Source: Lama guanicoe (taxonomy: Eukaryota). Taken from it: DNA of 64,000 nt. The translations under genes were made by a program, and so were the position numbers. Below the pieces are notes generated by a model. The model searched no databases and was not told the DNA's origin. It worked only from the letters and a program-made list of their open reading frames with translations. Shown here piece after piece: positions 48,275 through 61,164 of this stretch. The stretch is taken from contig MU053557.1 of NCBI GenBank assembly GCA_013239625.1, positions 2,758,123 to 2,822,122 of the forward strand. The letters run 5' to 3'. Position 1 is the first letter of the stretch. Every line of letters starts with the position of its first letter.

Positions 48275-50429
48275 AAATACATACCACTTCCCCCATCGCC
48301 ATTTCTTCATAACAATTTCCACTATGTGACATTTCAGTCCCCTAGGCTTTAAGGCAATGTCATGAAGCTGCTGTTCCTTTACCCTGAATTTGGCTGCCAC
48401 GTCCAGGTGCAGACTTAGAGGAGGATCTGCTCTGATCACTACACCTCCTTCATGACCTACTCATTGATTAACTGCCCTTTGTTCCCTGACAGTATTTGGT
48501 TTGGTTCATATATTGTGCTATATTCTGGGCCAGTATAGAAAAAAAATCAACGGCAGTTGGCTCCTTCCCTTCTGCCCCAATTCTTGTGCTTGTCTCCTCC
48601 TTGTAAATTATTTAAAAGTTAATAACAAAAACAAAACAAAGAAAATCTCCATCTCAACACTGTTACTGCCTCCTTCTCTCCTCATCCCTTTTGGCAATAA
48701 AAGTCTTTTAAGAAAAGGGACACCTCCCTACCCCAAATGCCTCTCACCCTTCCAAGGATGGTAAAGAAGTCCTGCTTTTAGAAACTGGGCTTGTCAGACA
48801 CGTGGCTTTCACACTTTGGGGCAAGCTATGCTTCCCACAGAAAGCTCTTTGAAGACATTGCTCTAGTATAATCTCCCTAAAGGAAAATAACTGTACTCAC
48901 TTTGAAGTGGTTCATACAACATCTGGCCCATAGTTGGTACTCGAATATCTGTTATCAACACCACAATATTCACAACCAAAAGACGCAACAGGTTAATATT
49001 TTTAAAAGGTATCTGAGTTACTTCAGTTCTTTCCAATTCAGAAGAATAAAAAAGGAAATTCTAAGCAGATGTTACCTATCTTTTTTTTTTTAGAATGTTC
49101 TATCTTTCTGAAGGTATAGTATGGTCTCATCATAGATGTAGTTAATCAAATGATTACAAGTATGCAGAGCTGGCAGAGAAGGACAGAGAAATAAAGCAAG
49201 CCATCTCCCTTTGTCCTTCTTTCTCTGTCTTGGTCTCTGTACCCCTAGAGTCAAACCCAATTATCTGGTATATGATTGGCATTCAAGATATATGAATAAA
49301 TGAATGAATGCTCCCAGCTAGTATGGGACAGAGCCAGTATCCTAAGCCAGATTCATCTGACTACAAGTCACATGTCACAGCTAAACTGACTTCTTTCATT
49401 CACCTGAGTAACCGTGATGTTGTTTTCTGTCGCCCCTCTTTGATTCTTGCTGTATGCTCTCCTGGACTGTCATGATCTGTATTTGTTTTTTTCTCACCAA
49501 GTGCCTGTAGGTGCCTCAGGGCAGGGTCATTCCTCATACTACATTCTTCAGAGCAAAAAAAAAAACTGTCCTATGCATTGGTGTCTATCAATTATCCTGT
49601 GTGCAATTAAGAAATTCATTTTACAGGCAAGGATCCTGATTGATAGACAGGTTCAAAATTATTGCCAAGGACATACCATTCATGGCAGTTGGTTTCAGAA
49701 CCTCATCCATGTGGTCCCTTCACATTCTTTTATGAGCAAGGAGGATGACAAATAAATAAATCATTGGTCTCCTGGCACCTAGTCCATATTCTAATACCAC
49801 AGTGACTGCCAACTTCATCCATCTCAATCCTTTGGTCCAATCATATTTTGTCTCCTAGATGTAGCAAGATCCGAGGACAAGGAAAGTGACCAGTCTAATG
49901 AACTTAGAACTGTTAAATTCTTCTTTCCTCACCTTTCACCAAGCCCTGTCAAGATATTTGCTCTCCAAAGATGCAAGGTATTTGTTTAATAGTAAAATGC
50001 CAAGCAATGTGACATCTCCCTTCAGTCAAAACAAAGGTTATTCATCTAAAACACATATGGATCTGTGTTATTGTGCAACCGACCTGAGCTTTCCACAGGT
50101 GTGCTCTCAAACTTTGTGCGTTAGAATGTACCCCTCTTCTCACCCCCACCCTCTGGCCCTTTGCCTTTTCTAGAAAACAGATAATCTGGTCCACCTGCAT
50201 TTTTGTATTCAGGCTCCAGCAAGGAAGCCATATGAAAATGACAGAACTGTCAGAAAGAATGATGACTTCACTGCTTAATAAGCATGTGAATTCACGGAGG
50301 AGGGAGCCAGGCAGAGATGCAGAGAATCAGGAGGAAAAATAGACAGGAGGAGAATTCCACTTTTGGGCTTCCCACCTCTTCTGCACGCTGAGAATGGTTT
50401 TACCTGACTTTTGAGATTACCATGTTCAG

Positions 50430-50519
50430 TGGGAAGGGTACAGCTCAGTGGAAGAGTGTATGCATGACATGCATGAAATCTTGGGTTCAATCCCCAGTGC
50501 CTCCACTGAAAAAAAAAAA
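50430..50519 (+). mobile_element. Vic-1-like SINE lying just upstream of an L1 3' end
   Basis: CAGCTCAGTGG...GGTTCAATCCCCAGTGCCTCCA plus an A run. Confidence 0.85.
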
Positions 50520-50544
50520 GATGGGCCATATAAAAATATTTTAA

Positions 50545-50905
50545 AAATCATGTGATATCACTTATATGTAGAATCTAAAAAAATGATACAAATTCTATTT
50601 ACAAACCGAAAACAGACTCAAGGACATAGAAAACAAGCTATAGTTACCAAAGGGGAAAGGGTGGGGAAGGATAAACTAGGAGCTGGGGATTAACAGACAC
50701 ATGTTACTACATATAAAATAACAAACCAAGGACCTTCTGTATAGCACAGGGAACTATATTCAATTTCTTATAATAACATATAGTGGAAAAGAATCTGAAA
50801 AGAAAAAAAAATCATGTATGTATATGTATACCTGAATGACTTTGTTGTACACTTGAAACAAACATTGTAAGTCAACCATACTTCAATAAAATTTTTTTTA
50901 AAAAA
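50545..50905 (+). mobile_element. L1 3' end
   Basis: GATATCACTTATATGTAGAATCTAAAA...GTTACCAAAGGGGAAAGG...TATAGCACAGGGAACTATATTCAA...CTTCAATAAAA; similar to the 3' ends of the L1s at 16272 and 40493. Confidence 0.88.
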
Positions 50906-53358
50906 CTGTAATTACCATGTTTGCTCCATAACAAATGACTTTTAAGTCTCTTTCTGTAGTACCTGGGAGGATTTATTTTTCCTTTTAACTGAAAGCAGAT
51001 GATGATAATGATAGTACCCACCATTTATTAAGAGGTGGCTAGATAGTAACACTACGCTAAGACTTTGAGTGTATTATTTTACTCAGTCCTCATAATTCCT
51101 TTACACGTCACTCCCATTTAAACCCCTTAAGGACTTCCCATTACCTTTCAGGCAAAGTCTCCATGTCTTAACATAGCTTATGAGACACTAATACTCCATC
51201 AAGGATGGAAAGACTCCACCCTTCGCCTCTCTCTCAACCTCATCTTAAACCACTCTGCACCTCACTTGAATGGTCTGGTCTTATCTGTACTCAAACACTT
51301 CTGGTTCTTTCTATGTTTAGTGTTCCCTGTTACTGATAGGACTTTAAATACATTCCCTGGCAACCATATTTCTTTCACCCTTAACCTGGCTAACTCAAAC
51401 TTCCTTTCAGACCTTGCATATCTTTTTCTTGAGGAAGCCTGTTTCCCATCCACACAAACTAGGTTGGGTTCTTTGTTGTCTTTTCCATGATTCATTCTGC
51501 TTCCTCTTTTATAACGCCATAGCTGCAGTGATCAGTTACATACAACCGTTCCTGCCAGATTTAACCTTTGTGAAGGCTGGCAGGCACCATACCTTCTTCT
51601 CCACAGTTGTTTCCCTACCATCTAGCTGAATGCCTACCACATGAGTAGACCCTGAATACACACATGGAAATCAATTAGTATATGCAAAATCTGTATATGA
51701 GCATTTCCATTTCACAGATGAGGAAACAGGTTAAGAGTGGTTCAGTAACTTGCCAAAAGACACACAGTTCCCAAATAGTGATGACAAGGCTGGAACCCAA
51801 GACTGACTCTCATACCCATGTTCACAGTCATTCCATGGCAATGCCTTCTCAGAACTTCCTCCAGCTCTAACAGAAAAAATAAAGACAATTACTATAAAAT
51901 ATTTATCTTAGCGAAAAAAATTGGTAGAAAAAGCTGCTGGGAATCAGGGGGATGATCTTTCTCCCATCTGGTTTCAGAGCTACCTGAGAGAAGCTGGGAG
52001 ACTTTGAATCTTTTTGCACCCTGGGTACCACGGTGTGCTTTCTCCAAATATTGTTACTGTCTCTCAACTAGGTGGTAGTGGATAACAGGCAACCGATAGC
52101 TCTTTTAGTCCTCCTCACAGATCTAGATGGAAAAAGAGAAAGTGAGTTTTTCACCTTCTGAGAGAGGTTGCCTAGGCAACAGAGCCAGAGCAACAGACCA
52201 CCCAGATGAGACATGCGAGAGCATCTCCACTGTCTCCCACAACGATATCCACTGCTGTGAGGCAGCAGCCAATTGTGTTCACACATACTTTTAACAGGGT
52301 GTGGATGAACGATTCTCCTGTCCCAGCTGGACACACTTTGTAAAGACATCCCCACGGACAGCCAACCAGTATCTCCAGATCCTTGCTACGTGGTCAGGTG
52401 AACAGCCCAATGTTTAATTTGTAGATTTTGCCAGAAGAGCAACTCAAAAGATGAAAAAAGCTGAGGAGTTCCAATTTTGTGGCTGGTAATAAGAAAAAAA
52501 ATGGCCACTGGATTGAACACTGGCTTTCAAGATTGTTAGACCAGTTTGTACATGATGGCAGTCCCTTTACAGCTCTGCTGCTTCATACCTCAACAGGTCA
52601 TTTAATATCTCAATCCTGAATTTGCTCATCTATAAAATGGGCTTATAAATACAATTACTAAAGGTTTTTGGCAAGAAGTAAGTGAGAAAATGTGTGGAAA
52701 GTGCTTAGCATAATGTGTGGCATTTAATCAGCACTTAATAAACGAAAGTTACAGTAATTATTGTAATAGGGTTTATTTGAGTTCCTGAAAAGGTAATTGA
52801 ACAGAGAGATGAGCAGTCTCCTCCTCTGAGTCTATTTGCTGATGTAAGTTTAGTGCAAAAGCAGGTGGGTGTCCCATCGGCCCCTAAATAGTGACCAGCG
52901 GCAGGGACTGTAACTGCTTGTAGCACAGGTTGCCTTCCCCATGCACTAGAAAGCCTACCCCAGCCCTGCCTGCTAAGTGTGAAGCACACAGTGGGGGCAG
53001 GAAGGGCTTGGTGAAGCTGTCAACAATAGGATAGGCAGGCAGTTCAAAGCACCATAGGCATCTGGATCTTTAAAGGAAGTGGACCCTCCTAAGAGTCATT
53101 AAAAGAGTTCCTCTGGGAGGGCAGTAACAACCCACCACCTGATTGCTTTGTTTGGATGTACTTCCAACTGAGTCACCCCAGAAGAGATGCTGTTCTTTGC
53201 TGTATCATGGCATGACTGCCAGTTGCTACGAGAAAATGGCTTTTTACAATGGCTTGCTGGGGTGTGTGTGTATGAAGGGAAGAGGCTGGCCACAGGGGAG
53301 GGAGCCAAAGAGCAGGATGAAACTTCTAGCAATCTATTCCTGTTGTGTTCCATTATGC

Positions 53359-53404
53359 TGTGTGTGTGTGTGTGTGTGTGTGCGTGCGCGCGCGCACGCA
53401 TACA
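53359..53404. repeat. Compound microsatellite (TG)12 CG TG (CG)4 CACGCATACA
   Basis: Read directly from the sequence. Confidence 0.97.
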
Positions 53405-55159
53405 TCAGCAGTATCCATCTACTTCTGAAAAACAGGTCCAAATCTCATTTATTTCTATTAGAAAATTATTCTTCAGGCGTAACTTAGATTCTCTGAAAGC
53501 ATTTTACCTTTTAAACACCAAAACCTCTTTAGAGAGAATTAAAATGGAAAATGTGTAAATGAGCACTTCGCTAAATTAAACGGTTTGTGGCTGAGAGGGC
53601 CAAATTAGCCTTTTCTAGGGTGCACAGTACAATACAATGGCCCTGGTCTTTGTTCTTGAGTAAAAAATTCGAGAGAGGAAAACCATTCTAGAATGAATAA
53701 CCTCCAAGTGCTAATCTTGCAAAATGAAGCTTGTGACTCATTAATATTTGTAAGTCATCTAGTTGGGTTTTTTTTGCTATTTTGAAAAACAAACTACAGG
53801 AAGTACTAATTAATAAAAGATATCATGTCTTATTAACGTTCATAGAGTAATTACCAAAATCACAAATCCATCTGCTAAGTAGTCAGCAAACAAGACAAAT
53901 GACCGTGTTCAGTTAAACAGATTAGCAAATGCCTTTGGGAGTATAATCTAATAGCCCCAACTAAGCCATGAATCAAGCAGCTACTCCTTTTGCCACGAGG
54001 ACAGGCCACCATAATCCTGTCCTCCGTGTGAGGCAACACAGAGCAGTGGAGGCAGCTGGCAAGTGTCCGTCTCTGGAGAGAAGGCAACTCATGCAAGTGT
54101 CAATGCTATTCATGTAACTTTCTCTTACAGCCTTTGTACTGACACAGCAGATTTGGTTCCTTTAAAAGATATAAGAGAAAAGACCCAAAAGATGTCACCT
54201 AAAGTTAAGCACAATCCCAGTAGCTTCCACATGTCAAATGCCTACCAGCGAGTCTTCTCAGATCCCCACACAGAGAAGAAATTTCACCTTCCTGCCAACT
54301 TCCACGTCGTCTCATTCCTCTATTTCTTCTCCAACATCAGTCACCTGCACACAGTTTACACCTTCTCTCCTAGACAGACATCTAAAGAACAGAAACCAAG
54401 TCTTCCTAATCTTTCAATTACAACAACAATAGATAATAATGATGATGACTATGATTGTGATGAATATGTCACTAGGATGAGTGCTTTAATTTAACTTTTA
54501 GTTCTTTAATTTTTGTCATTTAACATTCACAATAGCTGCCTGAATTGAGGTACCTCCTCACTTCACACACATGAGGCAACTGAGGCTGAGAGAGGCCAAG
54601 CAACAGAGCTGGGATTCATTTCTAGGCCTGAAAGATTCCAGAGCCTTGTTCTGAAGCACTGTGCTAAACTGTACCCATCCTGTATAGCACCTAGGTCAGA
54701 GCCAAGTACACAGCAGACATGGATCTACGTCAGTGGAATAAGTGAACATCTTAATATCAACTCACCCCTGGATCCCCTTGGTAGGTAAGGTGGAATCTTT
54801 GCAGTTTTCACTTTCCTGTGTATTTTTCCTAGGTGTGCATGATGTTAAGGGTTATTATGAGTACCAGGTATGTCAAAATGTCAATAAAAGCTCCCCCTTA
54901 CCTTTTTTACATCAGAAAATAAACACCTCTCCCGGACTCTACCTCCTAGTTCAGTGTCTGCCAGGATGATATTCACAATGGGGCACATTAGATGGCTTTG
55001 CATTTGTATTGATGTTACTCACATGTTGGACTGCAAGCTAGATGGTAGGAGGCAGCCCAGTGCTCTCGGCACCTCCACCCAGCTCTCTTCATCATCCTGG
55101 GGTCTACAGTCACATGTCATCATGTCACCAGCTCAGGACCTGGTGGCTGCTGACTTCAC

Positions 55160-55770
55160 AATAGTCAATGCTTCCTATTGGTGTGGAGGAGTGGGCTCTG
55201 CCTGGTTTAACCTTCTCAGCCCACCATCTTCTCCCTCCATCCAGTCACAGTAACTCTACCATGCAGCCCCTGTGCTTGGAAGACACACACCCCACTGAGC
55301 CCCAGAGTAGAACTCAGATTGGCTTAAGCCAATCAGCACACTCCACTGGTCTTGCTATAGCGAACAGTTCAAGACAGAAGACTTGGTTCAAGCCAGTGAG
55401 ATATAAGGAGACGTTTGCAGGGCCTACTGGAAAAATGTTTCCAAGCTCAAAGAGCACTCCCAGGAAAGAAACTTTCTCCTTGCTGGACATTTATGTAAAA
55501 CAAGAAAGATTCAGAAGGTAGGGGAAATCATTCTGGAACTGTGAATTCAACCTTAGGACAAAGCAAGATACTACAGAAGACCAAGAAGAAAAATGGAAAC
55601 AAATTCTTTTTGATGACATAGCTGAGCTCTTTAATCAAACCCTGCTCCAAAGCTTGTACTATTTCCATTTTTCAGCTACATGAGAGTCTGAATTCTGTTT
55701 TTCTTTTTTGATGAAGCCTGTTTTGAGCCAGTTTTTTTTTTCTGACTGGAAACTAAAAGATTCATATTAT
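55160..55770 (+). mobile_element. Old MaLR LTR (MLT1K/L-like)
   Basis: GCTTAAGCCAATCAGCAC, TTTCAGCTACATGAG, AAGCCTGTTTTGAG...AACTAAAAGATTC. Confidence 0.55.
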
Positions 55771-56514
55771 ATCTGGGTGACAACTTGATTCATGCTCATC
55801 ATAATATTAACTTATTTTTTTTCAGAATGGCAAGTATGACAATGGTCTGAAGGACCATAGGGACCACAGCTTATCACAAGCTGTAAGCACATAGATTTTA
55901 CCTGTCAAAGCCTGAGTAGAATGGCATGCGTGATTTAGGGCTATGATCTCATACAGTAGGTGTGTTTGACACTGGTGAACCACATTCCAGTCAAGACTTT
56001 CTATGGTAGTCATAAAGCCTCATTATGAAGATGTGGTGAGATCACTGCATAACTGGACCAAGAAGTATTGGCTGCCCTAACAAGTAGATCAGCTCATGCT
56101 AGCCCAATCCCACAAAGACCCTTCTTGGGTTTCATATGTATAAAACATTTTCAAATGAATTAATAAATATTAGTTACTTAGAGAATGATTTCTTCTCTGA
56201 GACCCCCATGCTGCCTTTGCTTACAACAATTGCCCTAGAAAACCATGATGCCAGGACAAATAAGGGAAGTCCAGGTTTTCATGCAAAACAATCTGCAAAG
56301 TGGAATCACAGCTGCCTTATGTTGATGTGACAGTTTGGATATGATCTCTTGGACTTCTAGTTGCAAAGGATGGGTCCTTCCCAAATGCTGAAGATTTTGG
56401 ATCTAAGGATGGGAAAGGAGAAGACAACAGGGGAGACTAGAGCAGAAGGAACTGAATCTCCAAAGGAGGTTTATCAAAAGAGTGAGCAAATGGGACATGG
56501 TAATCTCTTGCTAC

Positions 56515-56691
56515 TAGGGTCAACTTCATGGGTGAGCAACTTGTGGACTCATACAGGGCCCTTTACTCAGAAGGGCCTCTTGATTATCTTACTGATCTGC
56601 AGTCATCATCTTGAGATTCTCAGTATTTTTTGAACAAGGGACCCTGGATTTTCATTTTGACTTTAGTCCACATATTGAGTAGACCATCCTA
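56515..56691 (+). mobile_element. MER45A-like MITE
   Basis: AGGGTCAACTTCATGGGTG...CAGAAGGGCC...TTTTTGAACAAGGGACCC...TTTTCATTTTG. Confidence 0.7.
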
Positions 56692-56754
56692 TCACAGATC
56701 TTTAGTTCTCCCTTTACTAAAATCACCCAAGAGCAATAGACATTTTGCAATGAC

Positions 56755-59050
56755 CTGCCTTTGATTTTCTATATGTCTCCTATCTTTTTTGATTATCTAT
56801 TCCTCTTTGCCTTTGTGTTGAACGAATATTTTTAGTGTGACATTATAATTCTTTTGGAGACTTAACTACATTTGGGTGGTTATTTTCTTAGTGGGATTGC
56901 AATATGCATTTTAATTTATCACAGCCTTCTTTACATTAATACTAACTTGATTCTGGAAAATACAGTAAATTTTCTCCAGTATAATTCCATTCCCCCCTTA
57001 CCCTCCTTGTGCTATCATTATATTTATTAAATCTACATGTGTTATAAGCTCAACAATACAGTGTTAATACTATTGTTTCATTCAATCTTATGTCTTTTAA
57101 AGAAGTTGGGGAAAGATGAGAAAAATATATCATGGAATCTTTTATGCTAGCCCATATATTTATTATTTGGGGTGCTCTTTATTTCTTCCTGTGGATCAGT
57201 GTTAACTTTCTGGTGTCTCTTCCTGAAGAACCTTCATCCTTCAGTATATCTTACAAGACAGATCTGCTAGCAACAAAATTTACTCAGTCATTGTGTATTG
57301 GGGAATGTCTGTATTTTGCCTTCATTTTTGAAGAATAGTGTTGTCAGTGCTAGCATACTTGTTTGACAGCATGTTTCTCTGTGTACTCTGAATATGTCAT
57401 TCTGCTGCCTTCTGGCCTCCATGGATTTAGATGAGAAGCCAGCTGTTAACTGTATTAATGCTTGCCTTCAAGATTCTCTCTTCATTTCAGGCATAGAACA
57501 ATTTGACTGTGATATGTCAAGGTGTGGATCTATTTGTATTTATCACTTTTGAGTTTCTCTGAACTTCTTAGATGTGTGGAGTAACACTTTCAAAAATCAA
57601 GTTTGGGAAGTTTGGGGCTATTACTTTTCTTCAATTAATTTTTCTGTCCCCTTCTCTTCTATCCCTGTGGGATTCCCTATCCATTAGTGTTGCTATGCCT
57701 GATCTTTCAAGATGTAGGGTTCTGAGGCTCCGTACATTTTACTTCAGCCATTTGTCTGTCTATTCTTCAGGTTGGATAATTTCTATTGATTTATAGCTCA
57801 GTGATTCTTCTGTTCTCTCAAACCTGCTGTTGAGCCCTTTAGCAAATTTTTCTTTACAGTCATTGTACTCTTCAGCTACAGAATTTGCACTTGGTACTTT
57901 AAAAATAATTTCTATATCCTTATTAAGAATCTCTATTTGTTGATCTATTGTTGCCACACTTTCCTTTAATTCTTTAAATATGGTTTCCTTTGGTTCTTTA
58001 AAAATATTTGAGATGGTTGCTTTGAAGTCTTTGTCTACTAATACCTGGACATTGAGAGACAATTTCTAGGAACTGATTTTTTTCTCGAGTATAGGCCACA
58101 CTTTCTTGGTTCTTGGCATGTCTCATATTTTCTTTTCTTAAAAGCAGAACATTCTAGATAATATATTGCAGCCACTCTGAATTCTGGTATATTTTCCCTT
58201 GGAGGTTGTTTTTGCTGGCTTTTTGTTTAGTATCTTGCCTGGGCTAAATCTGTGAAATATGTTTCCCCTGTAATCACTTATGCCTCTGCTACCTTGTGGT
58301 TGTAGTAGTTGTTTAAAATACATATCCTTCATCTCATTTTTAAATCTAGCTTGCCAGAGGATGCTCCTGTGTCTGTACAGCTTGATGGTCAGCTAAGGGC
58401 TACACACCTGCTGCGCTCAAACACCTCAAACCAGCAAGGTTTCCATCCTCTACTGCTGGGCTTGTTTATGAGCGGTGGAGCACACTTCAGGTTCAGGCTG
58501 TTTTCAAGCCTCCCTCGGTTTTAACTTCTGCTGAGCTCTTTCAAGTCATCTATGCTCATGCATTCAGACCTAGGATTAACCAGAAAAGCGTGAAAGGCTT
58601 CTGCCATCTTCAGTCTCCACTGTACACGTCCACAGCCTCAGCCAGGAATATGCTGTCCCAGCTGGAAATGCAACTTCAGACTGATGGAGCCTGTGTTCCT
58701 CCCCACTCACCCACCCTCAGGATAATGATCTCTATTGCCAGCTTCGGTGAGTGTGCACATTGTCCACCTTTCCAAACTGGGTGAGTCTCCTTAACATTGG
58801 CAGAGAAGCAGCTGCTCATCGTGGCTCTCCCTAGCTTGGCAGAACCTACAAGCTGGGGTGAAGTTGATGAGAAGCCCTAGGATAGAGCTTCATGGATTTC
58901 CACTCTTCTGATGTGACGTTCAGTGATTTTTAAAGCAGGAACACTTTTCAGATTGTTGTATGTTCTTGGTTGATTTCCAAAGCACTGAATGAGTGTATTT
59001 GTCCATTTTCCCAGTATTATGGTTGCATTTGGGGGAGGACTTGCCCAATT
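56755..59050 (-). mobile_element. Ancient L1 5'/ORF1 region
   Basis: T-rich plus strand; minus ORF 57760-58062 is ORF1 coiled-coil-like (DKDFKATISNIFKE...GLNSRFERTEE). Confidence 0.78.
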
Positions 59051-59699
59051 TCCTCAAAGAACCACAACTAAAAGTTCAACCCTGCCTTGGGTTTTGACTG
59101 CCCATCTGCATCTCAAGTTCACAAATTCTGTAGATCCTCCTGCTTGGTACAGATCATATTTTGCTCTATTCTTCTCTTGTGGATACCCTTTCACGCACTT
59201 AAGTCCAATATATGCTAATGGCTCAAGAGCAATACAATCTTTGTTACACATGTAAGATCATTTCAGCAACAAGAGATACCCTGCTATTGCTATAAACCAG
59301 ACAAACTGACTCACAACTAGTTGAAAACATTCAGTACACTCTCCAGATACCACTTGCTCTGTTCTTAGTCCCATGGACTTCCCTTTAGGCAAAGAATGGC
59401 AACTACCTGATGCTGCCCTGCTTGCTGTCACTCAGGGCTCCACAACAGCAGCAGACATTGCTAATCAGTTGCAACTTTCTTTCCCACTAAGCCCAGATTC
59501 ACGGTCCCAGAACCCTCCTCAAGCAGAATGCCAGGCATCCATCATGTGGTTCAGGAGACGGGATGGTTTAGCTATAACTTCAGGTCCCCAAAGCTGAAGG
59601 TTATAATTCTTCAACTACCTGCACTGCTTCCACCCAGCAGTCAAGGCTTTGGGTTTGGTGTCCTTTCTTACTTGGGCTCTGCTGTTTTGGCTCCGTTTA

Positions 59700-60914
59700 C
59701 CTTCTAGACTTCTGCACTTACTGCCTGGGTAATTTCTTATATTCTCATGATTTTAAATTCCATCCACTCATTGGCCCTTCTTAAATGTATCCTTTTAGAC
59801 TAGGTCTCTTTCCCAAATCCCAACTAACTACATATCTTCTCCACTTGGAAGTCTTAAGGACATCTCCAAGTGACCACGCCCCAAATGGAACTCCTGATTC
59901 CCCCACCTGAAATCACCCTGCTAGGGTTTCTCTATCTTCATGGATATTAAATGTATTCTCTCGCATGCTCATACCAAAAAACTCAAGAGTTATCCTTGGT
60001 TCTTCTCATTCTCTCTCACACCATCAGGAAATCCTATTGGTTCTACCTTCAAAACAAATCAGAACCCTTTGCCTCCTCACCACTGGCACTGCTACCAGTC
60101 TGGTCTGAGCCACAACAGCTATCAAAGGATTATCACAACTGATTTGACTACTTCTAACTTTGTTTTTTTTTTTATTCTATACTCAACATAGTATCCAGAG
60201 TGGTCCTCGATCCTGGTATTCCATATTCAACATACTAGCCAGGAGGATCCTCTTCAAAAGTAAGGCTAATTGTGTCACTCTTCTGCTCAAACCATTCCAG
60301 CGGCTTCCCATTTCACTTAGGATAAAAGGATTTTCAATGACTTACAACATCTTACATGGCCCTGTACCCCCTTTCATTCACTAATCTCATCTTTCACTAT
60401 ATTGCCTCTTCTTTCCAGGTATGCTGGCCTCCTTGATACTGCTTGAAAATACTATACTGGCCTTTTGAATACTTTGCATTGGCAGTTGCCACTTCCTGAA
60501 ATGCTTGTACCTCAGATGTCCATGTGGCTAATTCTCTCACCTCCAAGATTTTGCTTAAATGCCACCTTCTCAATGAAGCCCACCCTGATCACCCTATTTC
60601 AAACTGCTGACCTGTCCTCTCCATCTGCCTCTCCCACACTGCCATTCTTTCTTGTTCCTATTCCACATACCTCTCTCCCTTTTCTACACTCTTTTTTCTT
60701 CCATAGAATATCTCTTTCTACTGGATGGTAGAATTTAATGTACTACCCTTATTTATTTTCTGTTTCCCTCCTCTCTAGAATGTAACTCAAAAAGGGCAGG
60801 AACTTTTGTTTTGTTCATTGACATTATAGTTTCTAGATAAGTACCTGGTACATCAAAAAAAAATCAAAAACAAAAAAAAAATAGGTATTCAAAAAAAATT
60901 TGTTGAATGAATGA
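59700..60914 (+). mobile_element. L2 3' part
   Basis: CTAGAATGTAACTC...GGGCAGGAAC...; ends TTTGTTGAATGAATGAA. Confidence 0.78.
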
Positions 60915-61164
60915 AGCCGGGGTGGATCTATGGTTCTGATATAGGTAGGTATTTTTGACAACAAAGACAGAATATGAGAACAGTTCCCCCCAAAATTTCA
61001 CGGGTAAAAGAGTTCAAAGAAATGTCAAGAGAACCTTCTTAAAAAAGAGAAGTCAATGGTTAAAAAAAATTAAATGGGACATTATAACCTCATCTTGGCA
61101 AGTCCTGGGATATATTAGCATATTAAAGGTTCTGAGAAGTCCTGCAGGCAATAAAGGCAAAAAA

